Shown here: in pieces, positions 20,975 to 31,302 of the stretch
Layout of the letters: the number at the start of each line of letters is the position of its first letter
How positions within the stretch are numbered: the first letter of the stretch is position 1
Assembly (NCBI GenBank): GCA_963813815.1
Contig: CAWFAD010000010.1
Span: 32,001 to 96,000 of the forward strand
Origin: an uncultured bacterium
GTDB lineage: Bacteria > Krumholzibacteriota > Krumholzibacteriia > Krumholzibacteriales > Krumholzibacteriaceae
Direction: 5' to 3'
DNA: 64,000 nucleotides
The notes under the pieces: model-generated
What the model was told of the DNA's origin: nothing
The model's input: only the letters and a program-made list of their open reading frames with translations
Database searches by the model: none
Program-made: the position numbers and the translations under genes

Positions 20975-22194
20975 GCGATCGTCTCCGGTCTCTCGATTGC
21001 CCGCCAGACCTTGATATAGTCGGCCGCCTCGCGCACGTCGTGGACGCGGACGATCGCGGTCCCCGCGGCGCAGCAGCGCCCGAGCGCCGCGAGCCCGCCG
21101 GCGAGGCGCTCGGAGCTCTCGCGCCCCGTGACCGCCCCGATGAAGGCCTTCCTCGAGAAGCCGACCATGACGGGAAAGCCGAGCCCGCGAAAATCGCCGA
21201 GCTGGGCGATGAGCGCGAGGTTGTGCTCCAATCTTTTCCCGAAACCTATTCCCGGGTCAACGATAATCGCCTCGCGCGCTATCCCCGCCTCCGAGAGCTC
21301 GTCCGTCCTCGCCGCGAGCCAGGAGAGAATCTCCGCGGTCACGTCGTCGTAGCGGGGATCGATCTGCATCGTCTCGGGGCTTCCCCGCATGTGCATGACG
21401 ACGACGGCCGCGCGCCGCCGCGAGGCGAGCTCGCCCATCGCCGGATCGCCCGCGAGCCCCGTCACGTCGTTCACGATCGACGCCCCCAGATCGAGCGCCA
21501 TGCGGGCGACGGAGCTCCGGCGCGTGTCGATCGAGAGCGGCACGGAAAGCTTTCCCGCGAGGCGCTCGAGAACCGGTTTCACCCTCGCGATCTCCTCTTC
21601 GGCCGTCACGGTGGCCGCGCCGGGACGCGTCGATTCGCCGCCGACGTCGATCACTCCCGCGCCCTCCTCGGCCATGGCGAACGCCCGCTCGGCCGCGCGG
21701 TCCGGGTCGAGGTACCGCCCGCCGTCGCTGAAGCTGTCGGGGGTGACGTTGAGGATGCCCATGACGACGGGTCCGGCGGAAAGGTCGAGCTCTCCGGACG
21801 GAAGGCGCACCGATCGCGGGGGGCGCAGCGCGGAGGCGACGAGCCGCTCGAGAGCGCCGCCGAGCTCCGCGAGGCCGAAGGGCTGCCGCGCGAGCTTTTC
21901 CGGCAGGCGCTCCATCCGGGCGCGGTCGGCGACGATGTAGACGCTCGATCGGTCGGGTCCGCCGGTGATCACCTCGCGGTGAACAGCGGCGTCGCCGCCG
22001 AGCGAGAGGAGCTGCTGCTTGATGATGTTCGCCTCGGGCGCCCGAACGCCGTCCACGCGCACGACGAGCATGTCGGCCTTCGCGGCGACTCTGTCCGCGC
22101 CGTGGGGATCGACTCCGGCCTCGCGGAAATACCGGGCGAGGGTTTCCCCGTGGCGGGCCGAGATGAGACGGAGAGAAAACGACATGGGCTCCAT
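20971..22194 (-). CDS. folP: Dihydropteroate synthase with N-terminal extension
   Basis: MGILNVTPDSFSDGG, GGESTRPG, DPGIGFGK, SRK and VRVHDV motifs. Confidence 0.95.
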   Translation of the reverse strand: MEPMSFSLRLISARHGETLARYFREAGVDPHGADRVAAKADMLVVRVDGVRAPEANIIKQQLLSLGGDAAVHREVITGGPDRSSVYIVADRARMERLPEKLARQPFGLAELGGALERLVASALRPPRSVRLPSGELDLSAGPVVMGILNVTPDSFSDGGRYLDPDRAAERAFAMAEEGAGVIDVGGESTRPGAATVTAEEEIARVKPVLERLAGKLSVPLSIDTRRSSVARMALDLGASIVNDVTGLAGDPAMGELASRRRAAVVVMHMRGSPETMQIDPRYDDVTAEILSWLAARTDELSEAGIAREAIIVDPGIGFGKRLEHNLALIAQLGDFRGLGFPVMVGFSRKAFIGAVTGRESSERLAGGLAALGRCCAAGTAIVRVHDVREAADYIKVWRAIERPETIA

Positions 22195-22245
22195 CGTTCC
22201 GGCCGCGCGGGCGGCGCCGGAGGGCCGGGCCGCGCGGGGCGGGCG

Positions 22246-24243
<1,998 letters not shown>

Positions 24244-24298
24244 GGCGTACTCTTTCTGTTCCTACTGAACATACGTAATGGAGAATGATTTGTCCATA

Positions 24299-24976
24299 TC
24301 ACGGTTCGCGTTTCGCGTCGGTTTCCGCGGGGGGGGCCTCCCGCGCCCGCCCGACCGGCCGGAAAGGCCTCTCCGGCTCTAGTTCCGCCGCGGGGAGGGG
24401 ATCCCCGGCGGAGGCGGCCTCGCCAGCGGCGATGGGGATGAGCTCCGCGATATGGGAGAGGTTGCGGTAGCGCTCCATGAAGTCGAGCCCGTACCCGACG
24501 ACGAAGACGTCCGGCACGCGGAACCCGACGTAATGGACGGGGACGGAGATCTCCCGGCAGGCCGGCTTGTCGAGCAGCGCGCAGACGCGCAGGCTTCGCA
24601 CCTGGCGTCCGAGGAGCAGCTCCTCGAGAACCGAGAGGGTGTGTCCCGTATCGACGATGCCGTCGATGATGACGACGTCCCGGCCGGCGACGCTGCGAGC
24701 CATGTCGTTCAGTATCTCGATCCGCTCGCTCCGCTCGAAGCCGGAGCCGTAGCTGCGGACCGTGATGAAATCGATCTCGTGGGGGATCGTGAGGTGGCGC
24801 ACCAGATCGGCGAGAAAAATGAAGCCTCCCTTGAGGAGGCTGATGAAAACGGGAGTGCTGTCCGCGTAGTCCGTCGAGATCTCCTCGGCGAGCTCGCGGA
24901 CCCGCGTTTCTATTTCATCTCGGGAGATGAGCACTCGCCCGAGATGAACGCATTTGCCGGCGCCGTCCGATATCAT
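24299..24976 (-). CDS. hpt: Hypoxanthine phosphoribosyltransferase
   Basis: LLKGGFIFLADL, IVDTGHTL, LLDKP and FVVGYGLD motifs; tilS-hpt-ftsH synteny. Confidence 0.92.
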   Translation of the reverse strand: MISDGAGKCVHLGRVLISRDEIETRVRELAEEISTDYADSTPVFISLLKGGFIFLADLVRHLTIPHEIDFITVRSYGSGFERSERIEILNDMARSVAGRDVVIIDGIVDTGHTLSVLEELLLGRQVRSLRVCALLDKPACREISVPVHYVGFRVPDVFVVGYGLDFMERYRNLSHIAELIPIAAGEAASAGDPLPAAELEPERPFRPVGRAREAPPAETDAKREP

Positions 24977-25030
24977 TTCGTGTTCCTGCCCTCATCGATG
25001 GATTGTATCATACGGCGCTCCCCCCGCGCA

Positions 25031-26410
25031 TCAAAATCCTCGCCGGAGGGGGGAAAGTTTTATGCGGATGGCCCCGCGGCGCCCCGCCGCCACCCGGGTG
25101 CGCTCGTCCGTCGCCACTCCGGGGACCCAGAATGGCCCGTTCAGGTCCTCGAACACGGGAATCGCGTCGCGCTCCGAGCACGGAACCTTCCGGTCGATCA
25201 TGATATCGCTCAGCTTTCTTCTTCCCCGCATGCCGAAGGGCGTCATGCGGTCCCCCGGACGCCGCCGGCGGACGAGGATCGGGAATCGCAACGACGCGAA
25301 CACCGCCTCGCGCGGGCCGGCGCGCAGCGTTCCCTTCAGGGGGGCGGTTCGCTCGACGAGCACCGAGAGGTTCCACGCGGGCAGAAGGTGCCTGCCCGTT
25401 CCCCCGATGACGGCCGCGGGCCTCGGCGCGGCGGGCGCGGCCTTCCGGATGAGGAGATGCGCCTGTTCCCGGACGATTTCCACACCGTGCGGAAGGGACA
25501 GGCGCCGGCCCGAGCGGCCTCCGGCCACGAGGCGCTTCACGGCGTCGTAGTGCTTTTTCTCGATGTCGCGGGGGACGCCGAGGCGCTCGCGGCAGGCGAG
25601 CTCGACGAGGAGGTAGAGCTCGAAACCGCCGAGACGCTCGATTCTCGCGAGCGGCACCCGGATCTCCCCGCCCTGCCGGGAGCGGGGGAGAAGCGCCCGC
25701 ACCGGCGCCTCGAGGGCGTCTCCGGCCTCGGCGACGTTGCCGGCGAGCCGGAGCAGCGACTCGTCGATCGCGGGGTTGAAGCCGCGGCGGAGCAACGGGA
25801 GCAGCACGTGGCGGACCCGGTTCCGGAGCATGGCGGTGTCGCGGTTGCTCGGATCGAGCGCGTAGCGGACGCCGCGGCGCCGCAGGAACGATCTCAGCTC
25901 GTCCCGCCCGCACCCGAGCAGGGGACGGATGAACACTCCCCGCCGCGGCGGCATGCCGGCGATCCCCCGCAGGCCCGCCCCGCGGATGATGTTGAGCAGG
26001 ATCGTTTCGATTTGATCGTCGCGCGTGTGTCCGAGCGCGACGGCGTTCGCGCCCCACGCCCCGGCGCATTCCTCGAGAAAGCGATGCCGGAGAATCCGGG
26101 CCGATTCCTCGATCCCTTTCTTCATCCTTCGCGATTCGGCGGGGACGTCGGCGGCTCCCGCCATGAAGGGGAGCCCGAGCGCGCGGGCGCGGCGCTCGAC
26201 GATCTTCCGCTCGCGGGCGGCCCCGGGCCGGATGCCGTGCTCGAAATGCGCGACGGCGAGCTCGAACGGCGTCTCGCGGGCGATGCGGTTCAGGATCTCG
26301 AGGAGGGCCATCGAGTCCGGGCCGCCCGAAACGGCCGCGATGATCCGGCTTCCCGGCGCGCACAGGCCCCGGGAGATCATCCACTCCCTGACATCGTCGA
26401 TACAGCCCAT
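25031..26410 (-). CDS. tilS: tRNA(Ile)-lysidine synthetase
   Basis: SGGPDSMALL, GHTRDDQIET, RPLL, DPSN and RNRVR motifs, plus C-terminal RRRPGDR. Start set at ATG 26410 to avoid overlapping the tRNA. Confidence 0.95.
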   Translation of the reverse strand: MGCIDDVREWMISRGLCAPGSRIIAAVSGGPDSMALLEILNRIARETPFELAVAHFEHGIRPGAARERKIVERRARALGLPFMAGAADVPAESRRMKKGIEESARILRHRFLEECAGAWGANAVALGHTRDDQIETILLNIIRGAGLRGIAGMPPRRGVFIRPLLGCGRDELRSFLRRRGVRYALDPSNRDTAMLRNRVRHVLLPLLRRGFNPAIDESLLRLAGNVAEAGDALEAPVRALLPRSRQGGEIRVPLARIERLGGFELYLLVELACRERLGVPRDIEKKHYDAVKRLVAGGRSGRRLSLPHGVEIVREQAHLLIRKAAPAAPRPAAVIGGTGRHLLPAWNLSVLVERTAPLKGTLRAGPREAVFASLRFPILVRRRRPGDRMTPFGMRGRRKLSDIMIDRKVPCSERDAIPVFEDLNGPFWVPGVATDERTRVAAGRRGAIRIKLSPLRRGF

Positions 26411-26458
26411 ATTGAGGCGGGTTTTGAACCGCGGAATGCGCCGGCCCGGAAAATAATC

Positions 26459-26534
26459 TGGTGGCGGTGCAGGGACTCGAACCCCGGACACAGAGATTAT
26501 GATTCTCCTGCTCTACCAGCTGAGCTACACCGCC
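26459..26534 (-). tRNA. tRNA with CAT anticodon, most likely elongator tRNA-Met
   Basis: GGCGGTGTAGCTCAGCTGGTAGAGCAGGAGAAT-CAT-AATCTCTGTGTCCGGGGTTCGAGTCCCTGCACCGCCACCA. Full cloverleaf, G1-C72 pair (so not an initiator), encoded CCA. Confidence 0.93.
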
Positions 26535-26545
26535 ACAGCCGATGA

Positions 26546-26575
26546 ATAGTAAGGGCGAAACAGCGCTTCTGTCAA
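26546..26575 (-). promoter_or_regulatory. sigma70-type promoter for the tRNA-tilS-hpt-ftsH unit
   Basis: TTGACA-N18-TACTAT on the minus strand, just upstream of the tRNA. Confidence 0.65.
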
Positions 26576-26610
26576 GGAAAAAGCTCGGAAGTGCCGTTCG
26601 GATAAGCCCC

Positions 26611-26639
26611 TTGCACGGGGTCCTCCGTTTTGCTATAGA
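26611..26639 (+). promoter_or_regulatory. sigma70-type promoter for ilvC
   Basis: TTGCAC-N17-TATAGA with TG extension. Confidence 0.45.
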
Positions 26640-26675
26640 TATAAAGCTGTTGTTCGGACGAACCGGGAGCGAGAG

Positions 26676-27695
26676 ATGCGTTTGTTCACTCCCTCCGACG
26701 CCGCCGCGGGCGTTCTCGAGGGCAAAACGATAGCGATCGCCGGATACGGCAATCAGGGACGGCCGCAGGCGCTCAATCTGCGCGACAGCGGGTGCAGCGT
26801 GATCGTCGGCGCCCGCCGGGGGCGCCCGGGCTGGAAACGGGCGTCGGACGAGCGCTTCGAGGTCATGACGATCGCCGAGGCCGCCCGCAGGGCCGATATC
26901 CTCATGCTTCTCCTCCCGGACGAGGTCCAGGGCGACGTGTTCAGGGACGAGGTCGCCGGCGCGCTTCGCGGCGGCGCGGCGCTCTGCTTCGCCCACGGAT
27001 TCGCCGTCGCCTTCGGGGAGATCGACGACCGCGGCCACGACGTCATTCTCGTCGCGCCGAAGGGGCAGGGCGGAAGGCTCCGGGAGACGTTCGTTTCGGG
27101 GGAGGGGCTGCCGTGCCTCGTCGGCGTGGCGAACGACGCGACGGGCGGCGCGCTTTCCCTCGCGCTCGGTCTCGCCGAGGCCCTCGGTTGCCTGCGCGCG
27201 GGGGCGTACGAGACGAGCTTTCGCGAAGAGGCGGTGAGCGATCTCTTCGGGGAGCAGGCCGTTCTCTGCGGCGGCGTGCCGGCGATCGTGAAACAGGCGT
27301 TCGATCTTCTCGTTCGGAAGGGATACAGCCCAGAGGTCGCGTACTTCGAGTGCGTTCACGAGCTCAAAATCATCGTCGATCTCGTCACCGAGAGGGGCTT
27401 CGCCGGAATGCGCGACGTCACGAGCGGCACGGCGGCGTACGGGAGCCTCGCGTTCGGCGAACGGATCGTCGGGAACGAAACCGGAGCGCTCATGGAAGCG
27501 CTTTTCGAGCGCATCGAGAGCGGCGAGTTCGCGCGGCTCTGGCTCGAGGAGAAGCGCTCGGGAGGGGCTGAGTTCCGGCGGCTCCGCGACGCGGAGCGGG
27601 GTCTTCTCGTGGAAACGGCCGGAGCGATCGTTCGCGGCCGGCTGCCGGTCGGCGCGGATCGCTCCGCGCGAGAAAAGGAGAAACACGATGCGTAA
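26676..27695 (+). CDS. ilvC: Ketol-acid reductoisomerase
   Basis: GYGNQGRPQALNLRDSG, LLPDE, FAHGF, VAPKG, SDLFGEQAVLCGG and AYFECVHELK motifs. Confidence 0.95.
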   Translation: MRLFTPSDAAAGVLEGKTIAIAGYGNQGRPQALNLRDSGCSVIVGARRGRPGWKRASDERFEVMTIAEAARRADILMLLLPDEVQGDVFRDEVAGALRGGAALCFAHGFAVAFGEIDDRGHDVILVAPKGQGGRLRETFVSGEGLPCLVGVANDATGGALSLALGLAEALGCLRAGAYETSFREEAVSDLFGEQAVLCGGVPAIVKQAFDLLVRKGYSPEVAYFECVHELKIIVDLVTERGFAGMRDVTSGTAAYGSLAFGERIVGNETGALMEALFERIESGEFARLWLEEKRSGGAEFRRLRDAERGLLVETAGAIVRGRLPVGADRSAREKEKHDA

Positions 27696-28530
27696 TATGA
27701 TATTCGCGGCCGCGTTGGCGGCATTCGCGATCACGGCGGGCTGCGGCAAGGAGACGAAGAAGGACGAAGCGTCCTTCCGCATACCCGATTCGCTTCTCTC
27801 CGAGGTCGAGGGATTCCATCTCACCGTCGACGACTATCATCCGGTGAAGGGCGGCGTCATGGCGAACCGCCAGATCGAGCTTCATTACCCCGCCAACGAG
27901 TACATCCGGTTCGTCGCCGTCAAATCGTTCGGATACCTGAAGCGGGCGCACGAGCTCGTCTCGCAGGAGATCGGCCGGCCGGCGGAGGACAAGCTCGTCG
28001 TCATCGGCGCGACCGATCTCGACGAATATCTGCTCATGACGCGCAAGGAGTGGTGGTATTACGGCCTCGTCAAGGGGGACACGATCATTTTCGAGCCGCT
28101 CGACATCCTGCTCAAGCGGGTGATCATCGAGCCGGCGACGATCAACCGGGTCGCTCAGGCGGCCATCAATTACCGCTCGGGAGGCCGCTCTCCCTTCTGG
28201 CTCAAGGAAGCGGTCGCGTCGCGCGTCGCCGGAGAGGGCGAGATTCTCAAGATTCAGATGCCCGAGTTCGAGCACGAGGGCAGGGTCATGGATCCATCTC
28301 CGGAGGCGATCGAAGCGGCGATCGCCGAGGGGACCGACCGGGGGGCGTCCCGGGTGGCCTACTACGCGGCTTACCGGATGCTCGACAATCTGCTCGCCGC
28401 GCACTCGATGGACAACGTCATGTCGTTCTTCGACCGTCTCAAGCAGGGCGCGACGATCGACGAGGCCTCCTCGGAGGCCTTCGGCCTCCCGTACGACGCG
28501 CTCATCACCAAGATCCGGATCGACCGGTGA
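27688..28530 (+). CDS. Lipoprotein with a possible degenerate peptidase-MA-like fold
   Basis: Lipobox ITAGC. PFWLKEAVA resembles the PxWLxEG motif, but no HExxH precedes it. Confidence 0.65.
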   Translation: MRNMIFAAALAAFAITAGCGKETKKDEASFRIPDSLLSEVEGFHLTVDDYHPVKGGVMANRQIELHYPANEYIRFVAVKSFGYLKRAHELVSQEIGRPAEDKLVVIGATDLDEYLLMTRKEWWYYGLVKGDTIIFEPLDILLKRVIIEPATINRVAQAAINYRSGGRSPFWLKEAVASRVAGEGEILKIQMPEFEHEGRVMDPSPEAIEAAIAEGTDRGASRVAYYAAYRMLDNLLAAHSMDNVMSFFDRLKQGATIDEASSEAFGLPYDALITKIRIDR

Positions 28531-28543
28531 GCGGGCGCGCGGC

Positions 28544-30142
28544 ATGATGGATCGCGTCGAACGGCAGGAAGAGGTCGTGCGGGTGCGTTTCGCCCCGAGT
28601 CCGACGGGGCACCTCCACGTGGGGGGCGCCCGCACGGCGCTCTACAACTTTCTCTACGCGCGCAGAAACGGCGGGGTCTTCGTGCTGCGCATCGAGGACA
28701 CCGACGCGGCTCGATCGACCCGCGAATCGTACGAGGGGATTCTCCGCGGCATGCGCTGGCTCGGGCTCGAGTGGGACGAAGGGCCCGATATCGACGGCCC
28801 GTACGGCCCGTACGTGCAGTCGGCGCGGAGCGTGCTCTATCACAACGAGGCCGATCGCCTGCTGCGGGAGGGAAATGCCTACCGCTGCTTTTGCACGCCC
28901 GGGGAGATCGAGGCGATGCGCGCCGCGCAGGAGGCGGGGGGAGAGCCGCCGAAGTACAACGGACGCTGCCGCTCCCTCTCCGCGGCCGAAATCGAGGAGA
29001 AGCTCGGCCGGGGAGCTCCGCACGTCGTCCGGTTCATGATGCCGGTCGAGGGGCAGACGCGGTTCCGGGACGTGATCCGCGGCGATTTTTCGTTCGACAA
29101 CGCCGGACTCGACGATTTCGTCCTCATCAAGTCGGACGGGCGGCCGACCTACAATTACGCCGTCGTCGTCGACGACGCGCACATGCGCATCAGCCACGTC
29201 ATCCGCGGCGACGACCACATCTCGAACACGCCGCGCCAGGTGCGCCTCTACGAGGCTCTCGGGTACAAGCTGCCCAAGTTCGCCCACCTGCCGATGATTC
29301 TCGGCGCCGACCGGACGCGCCTCAGCAAACGCCACGGCGCGACGTCGATCGACGCCTACCGGGACCTCCACTACCTCAGCGATGCCATGGCCAACTACCT
29401 CGCGCTTCTCGGCTGGTCGTTCGACGGCAAGCGCGAGCTCTTCACGTTCAAGGCGCTCGTCGACGCCTTCTCGCTCAAACGGGTGTCGAGCAATCCGGCC
29501 GTGTTCGACGTGGGCAAGATGGAGTGGATCAACGCCGAGCATTTCAAGCTGCTGCCTCCGGCGGAGAAGCTGAGACTCGTGTGCGACGTGCTCGTGGAGG
29601 AGAAGCTCCTCCCGCCGGCATTCGAGGTCGATCTCTCGCGCCCCGTGGATCTCAAGCTCGTCGCGGGAAAGGAGCCGCTCAAGATCGAGGCCGCCGACGC
29701 CGGGGAGAAGGCGTACGCCCGGGAGCTGCCGCGCCTCGCCCTCATCATCGATACGCTCGGCAACCGTCTCAAGCTCCTCCGCGAGGTCCGGGATCTCATG
29801 GGGTATTTCTACAGCGACGACTTTCCGCGGGACGAAACGGCCGTGCGGAACCATCTCGCCTCGAAGGAGGCGTCCGCGCGGCTCGCCTCTCTCGCCGGGG
29901 CGTTCGAGGAGCTTCGGTACTTCGATCGCGCCTCGGTCGAGGAGACGCTCCGCGGACTCGCCGAGCGGCTCGGAGTCGAGGCCGGGGAGCTCATCCATCC
30001 CTGCCGCGTGGCCCTGACCGGCAGGACCGTATCCCCCGATATTTTCTGGGTGATCGTGCTCCTCGGCAAGGCGAAAACGATCGAGCGGCTGCGCGTCGCC
30101 TCGGGGGTCGGCTCCGCGCCGCCGGCCCCGAAAAACGATTGA
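28544..30142 (+). CDS. gltX: Glutamate--tRNA ligase
   Basis: RFAPSPTGHLHVGG, RIEDTD, IRGDDH and RLSKR motifs. Confidence 0.97.
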   Translation: MMDRVERQEEVVRVRFAPSPTGHLHVGGARTALYNFLYARRNGGVFVLRIEDTDAARSTRESYEGILRGMRWLGLEWDEGPDIDGPYGPYVQSARSVLYHNEADRLLREGNAYRCFCTPGEIEAMRAAQEAGGEPPKYNGRCRSLSAAEIEEKLGRGAPHVVRFMMPVEGQTRFRDVIRGDFSFDNAGLDDFVLIKSDGRPTYNYAVVVDDAHMRISHVIRGDDHISNTPRQVRLYEALGYKLPKFAHLPMILGADRTRLSKRHGATSIDAYRDLHYLSDAMANYLALLGWSFDGKRELFTFKALVDAFSLKRVSSNPAVFDVGKMEWINAEHFKLLPPAEKLRLVCDVLVEEKLLPPAFEVDLSRPVDLKLVAGKEPLKIEAADAGEKAYARELPRLALIIDTLGNRLKLLREVRDLMGYFYSDDFPRDETAVRNHLASKEASARLASLAGAFEELRYFDRASVEETLRGLAERLGVEAGELIHPCRVALTGRTVSPDIFWVIVLLGKAKTIERLRVASGVGSAPPAPKND

Positions 30143-30199
30143 TACCAGAAAGATGGAGTTGCTTTCCCGGCCCGACTGTTTTATTTTCTGGTACGCTTT

Positions 30200-30273
30200 T
30201 GGGGAGTGGTCTAATGGCAGGACAACTGACTCTGGATCAGTTTATGGGGGTTCGAATCCTCCCTCCCCAGCCA
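30200..30273 (+). tRNA. tRNA-Gln(CTG)
   Basis: TGGGGAG/CTCCCCA acceptor stem, ACTGA-CTCTGGA-TCAGT anticodon arm, TTCGAAT T-loop, CCA end. Confidence 0.95.
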
Positions 30274-30284
30274 TGAACGGACGT

Positions 30285-30359
30285 GGCCCCTTAGTCTAGT
30301 GGTCAGGACGCTTGGTTCTCAGCCAAGAATCAGGGGTTCGACTCCCCTAGGGGCTACCA
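30285..30359 (+). tRNA. tRNA-Glu(CTC)
   Basis: GGCCCCT/AGGGGCT acceptor stem, CTTGG-TTCTCAG-CCAAG anticodon arm, TTCGACT T-loop, CCA end. Confidence 0.95.
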
Positions 30360-30404
30360 GAAATAGGAAACCCGCCAGGCGCCGAGCCCGCGGGTTTCAA
30401 TGAT

Positions 30405-30447
30405 AAAGCCCGGGGTCGCGCCTCGCTGCACCCCGGGCTTTTCGTTT
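30405..30447. terminator. Probable bidirectional intrinsic terminator between the tRNAs and the convergent ArsR operon
   Basis: 12-bp stem AAAGCCCGGGGT...ACCCCGGGCTTT followed by TCGTTT. A second hairpin, GAAACCCGC/GCGGGTTTC, lies at 30367-30398. Confidence 0.7.
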
Positions 30448-30465
30448 CGAGCGGCGACCGCCGCG

Positions 30466-30657
30466 TCAGCAGCCCGCTCAGGTGGGGCCGCAGGAGGAGC
30501 CGCCCGAGCACCCGCCGCACGACTTGGCCACGGCCGAGATGAGCTTCTCGAGATCGGTCGATGCGCAGGAGGGGCAACTGACCTCCTGCGACGCCCTCAT
30601 GACGAGCTCCTCGAACAGCGCGCCGCATTTCCCGCATCGATATTCGAATATCGGCAT
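30466..30657 (-). CDS. FmdB-family zinc-ribbon protein, candidate selenoprotein (59 aa to TGA 30478-30480; 63 aa if read through)
   Basis: Not in the ORF track. MPIFEYRCGKCGALFEELVMRASQEVSCPSCASTDLEKLISAVAKSCGGCSGGSSCGPT-[TGA]-AGC-TGA. The gene is secure; the Sec readthrough is inferred. Confidence 0.85.
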
Positions 30658-30662
30658 GACGC

Positions 30663-30872
30663 CTACTTTTTTTGTTCCGGGCTCTCGTCCGGCCGCGCGC
30701 CGGGATCCGCCCCTTTCTTCTGATGCGCCGCATCCTTCGATCGGTCCCCGATCGAGCAGGCCGACGACATTCAGGTGGGCACGCCGAGGCGCGGCAGAAT
30801 GAAGAACATGAGCACGAACCAGATGGCGACAAAGAGGAGCAGCTTGACCACGTCGTTCATCCCCCGTTTCAT
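30663..30872 (-). CDS. Small single-TM protein, candidate selenoprotein with a U-x-x-x-C motif (69 aa with readthrough)
   Basis: MKRGMNDVVKLLLFVAIWFVLMFFILPRLGVPT-[TGA 30771-30773]-MSSACSIGDRSKDAAHQKKGADPGARPDESPEQKK-TAG. ATGA overlap with the arsR stop; the readthrough stop ends 5 nt before the next ATG. Confidence 0.7.
30723..30770 (-). promoter_or_regulatory. Candidate bacterial SECIS hairpin
   Basis: Immediately 3' of the TGA: perfect TCGATCGG-GGA-CCGATCGA upper stem (30737-30755) with a G-rich loop about 22-23 nt from the TGA, on lower pairings CCT/AGG and ATG.CGTCG/CGGCG.CAT. Confidence 0.6.
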
Positions 30873-31231
30873 CGTTTCGTACGTCCGGCGGGCGCGCCGC
30901 GCCGGGTTTTGCCGGACGGTTTCCGTTCGAGCGTCGCGCAGATCATGTCGCATATATCCTCGGGCAGAGCGCTGCTCAGCCGGTAGCGCACGTTCCGGCG
31001 GTCCCTCCGCGAGGCTACGAGCCCCTCGTCCCGGAGCACGCGCAGGTGCTTCGAAACGTTCGCCTGCGCGAGCCCCGTCTCGGCGACGAGCGCGGTGACG
31101 CTCCGCTCCCCCTCGCAGAGGCTTCGCAGCACGGAGAGGCGCGACGCGTCGGCCATCGCCTTGAGCCGTCTCGCGACGAGCTCGAGGGCCGGCGCGTCGA
31201 TCGAAAGCAGCGTATGCGCGGTTCCCTTCAT
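30869..31231 (-). CDS. ArsR/SmtB family transcriptional repressor
   Basis: LKAMADASRLSVLRSL..ERSVTALV..GLAQANVSKHLRVLRDEGLV; C-terminal ICDMIC. Confidence 0.92.
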   Translation of the reverse strand: MKGTAHTLLSIDAPALELVARRLKAMADASRLSVLRSLCEGERSVTALVAETGLAQANVSKHLRVLRDEGLVASRRDRRNVRYRLSSALPEDICDMICATLERKPSGKTRRGAPAGRTKR

Positions 31232-31259
31232 ATTCCTATATACTCATATAATAATATGT
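31229..31259. promoter_or_regulatory. AT-rich inverted repeat, candidate ArsR operator
   Basis: CATATT-cctatatactcatatat-AATATG overlaps the arsR start and RBS in an otherwise very GC-rich region. Confidence 0.45.
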
Positions 31260-31302
31260 GACCGGCGTCAAGGGGAAAGCGTCGCGCGCCGGCGGGAGAG
31301 GG

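Noticed and set aside
21800..22194. N-terminal extension of FolP as a novel fusion
   Set aside because: Long-form FolP with this kind of extension is familiar from several anaerobic lineages.
24640..24680. hpt PRPP-binding motif reads IDGIVDTG rather than VEDIVDTG
   Set aside because: A single motif variant in an otherwise typical, syntenic Hpt; not enough to claim a changed function.
28544..30359. gltX next to tRNA-Gln and tRNA-Glu as proof of a non-discriminating GluRS
   Set aside because: This is a common arrangement. Specificity cannot be read from synteny and needs a glnS/gatCAB inventory.
30200..30447. tRNA genes (here and at 48716) as integration sites of genomic islands
   Set aside because: No duplicated tRNA 3' end, integrase or compositional shift seen.
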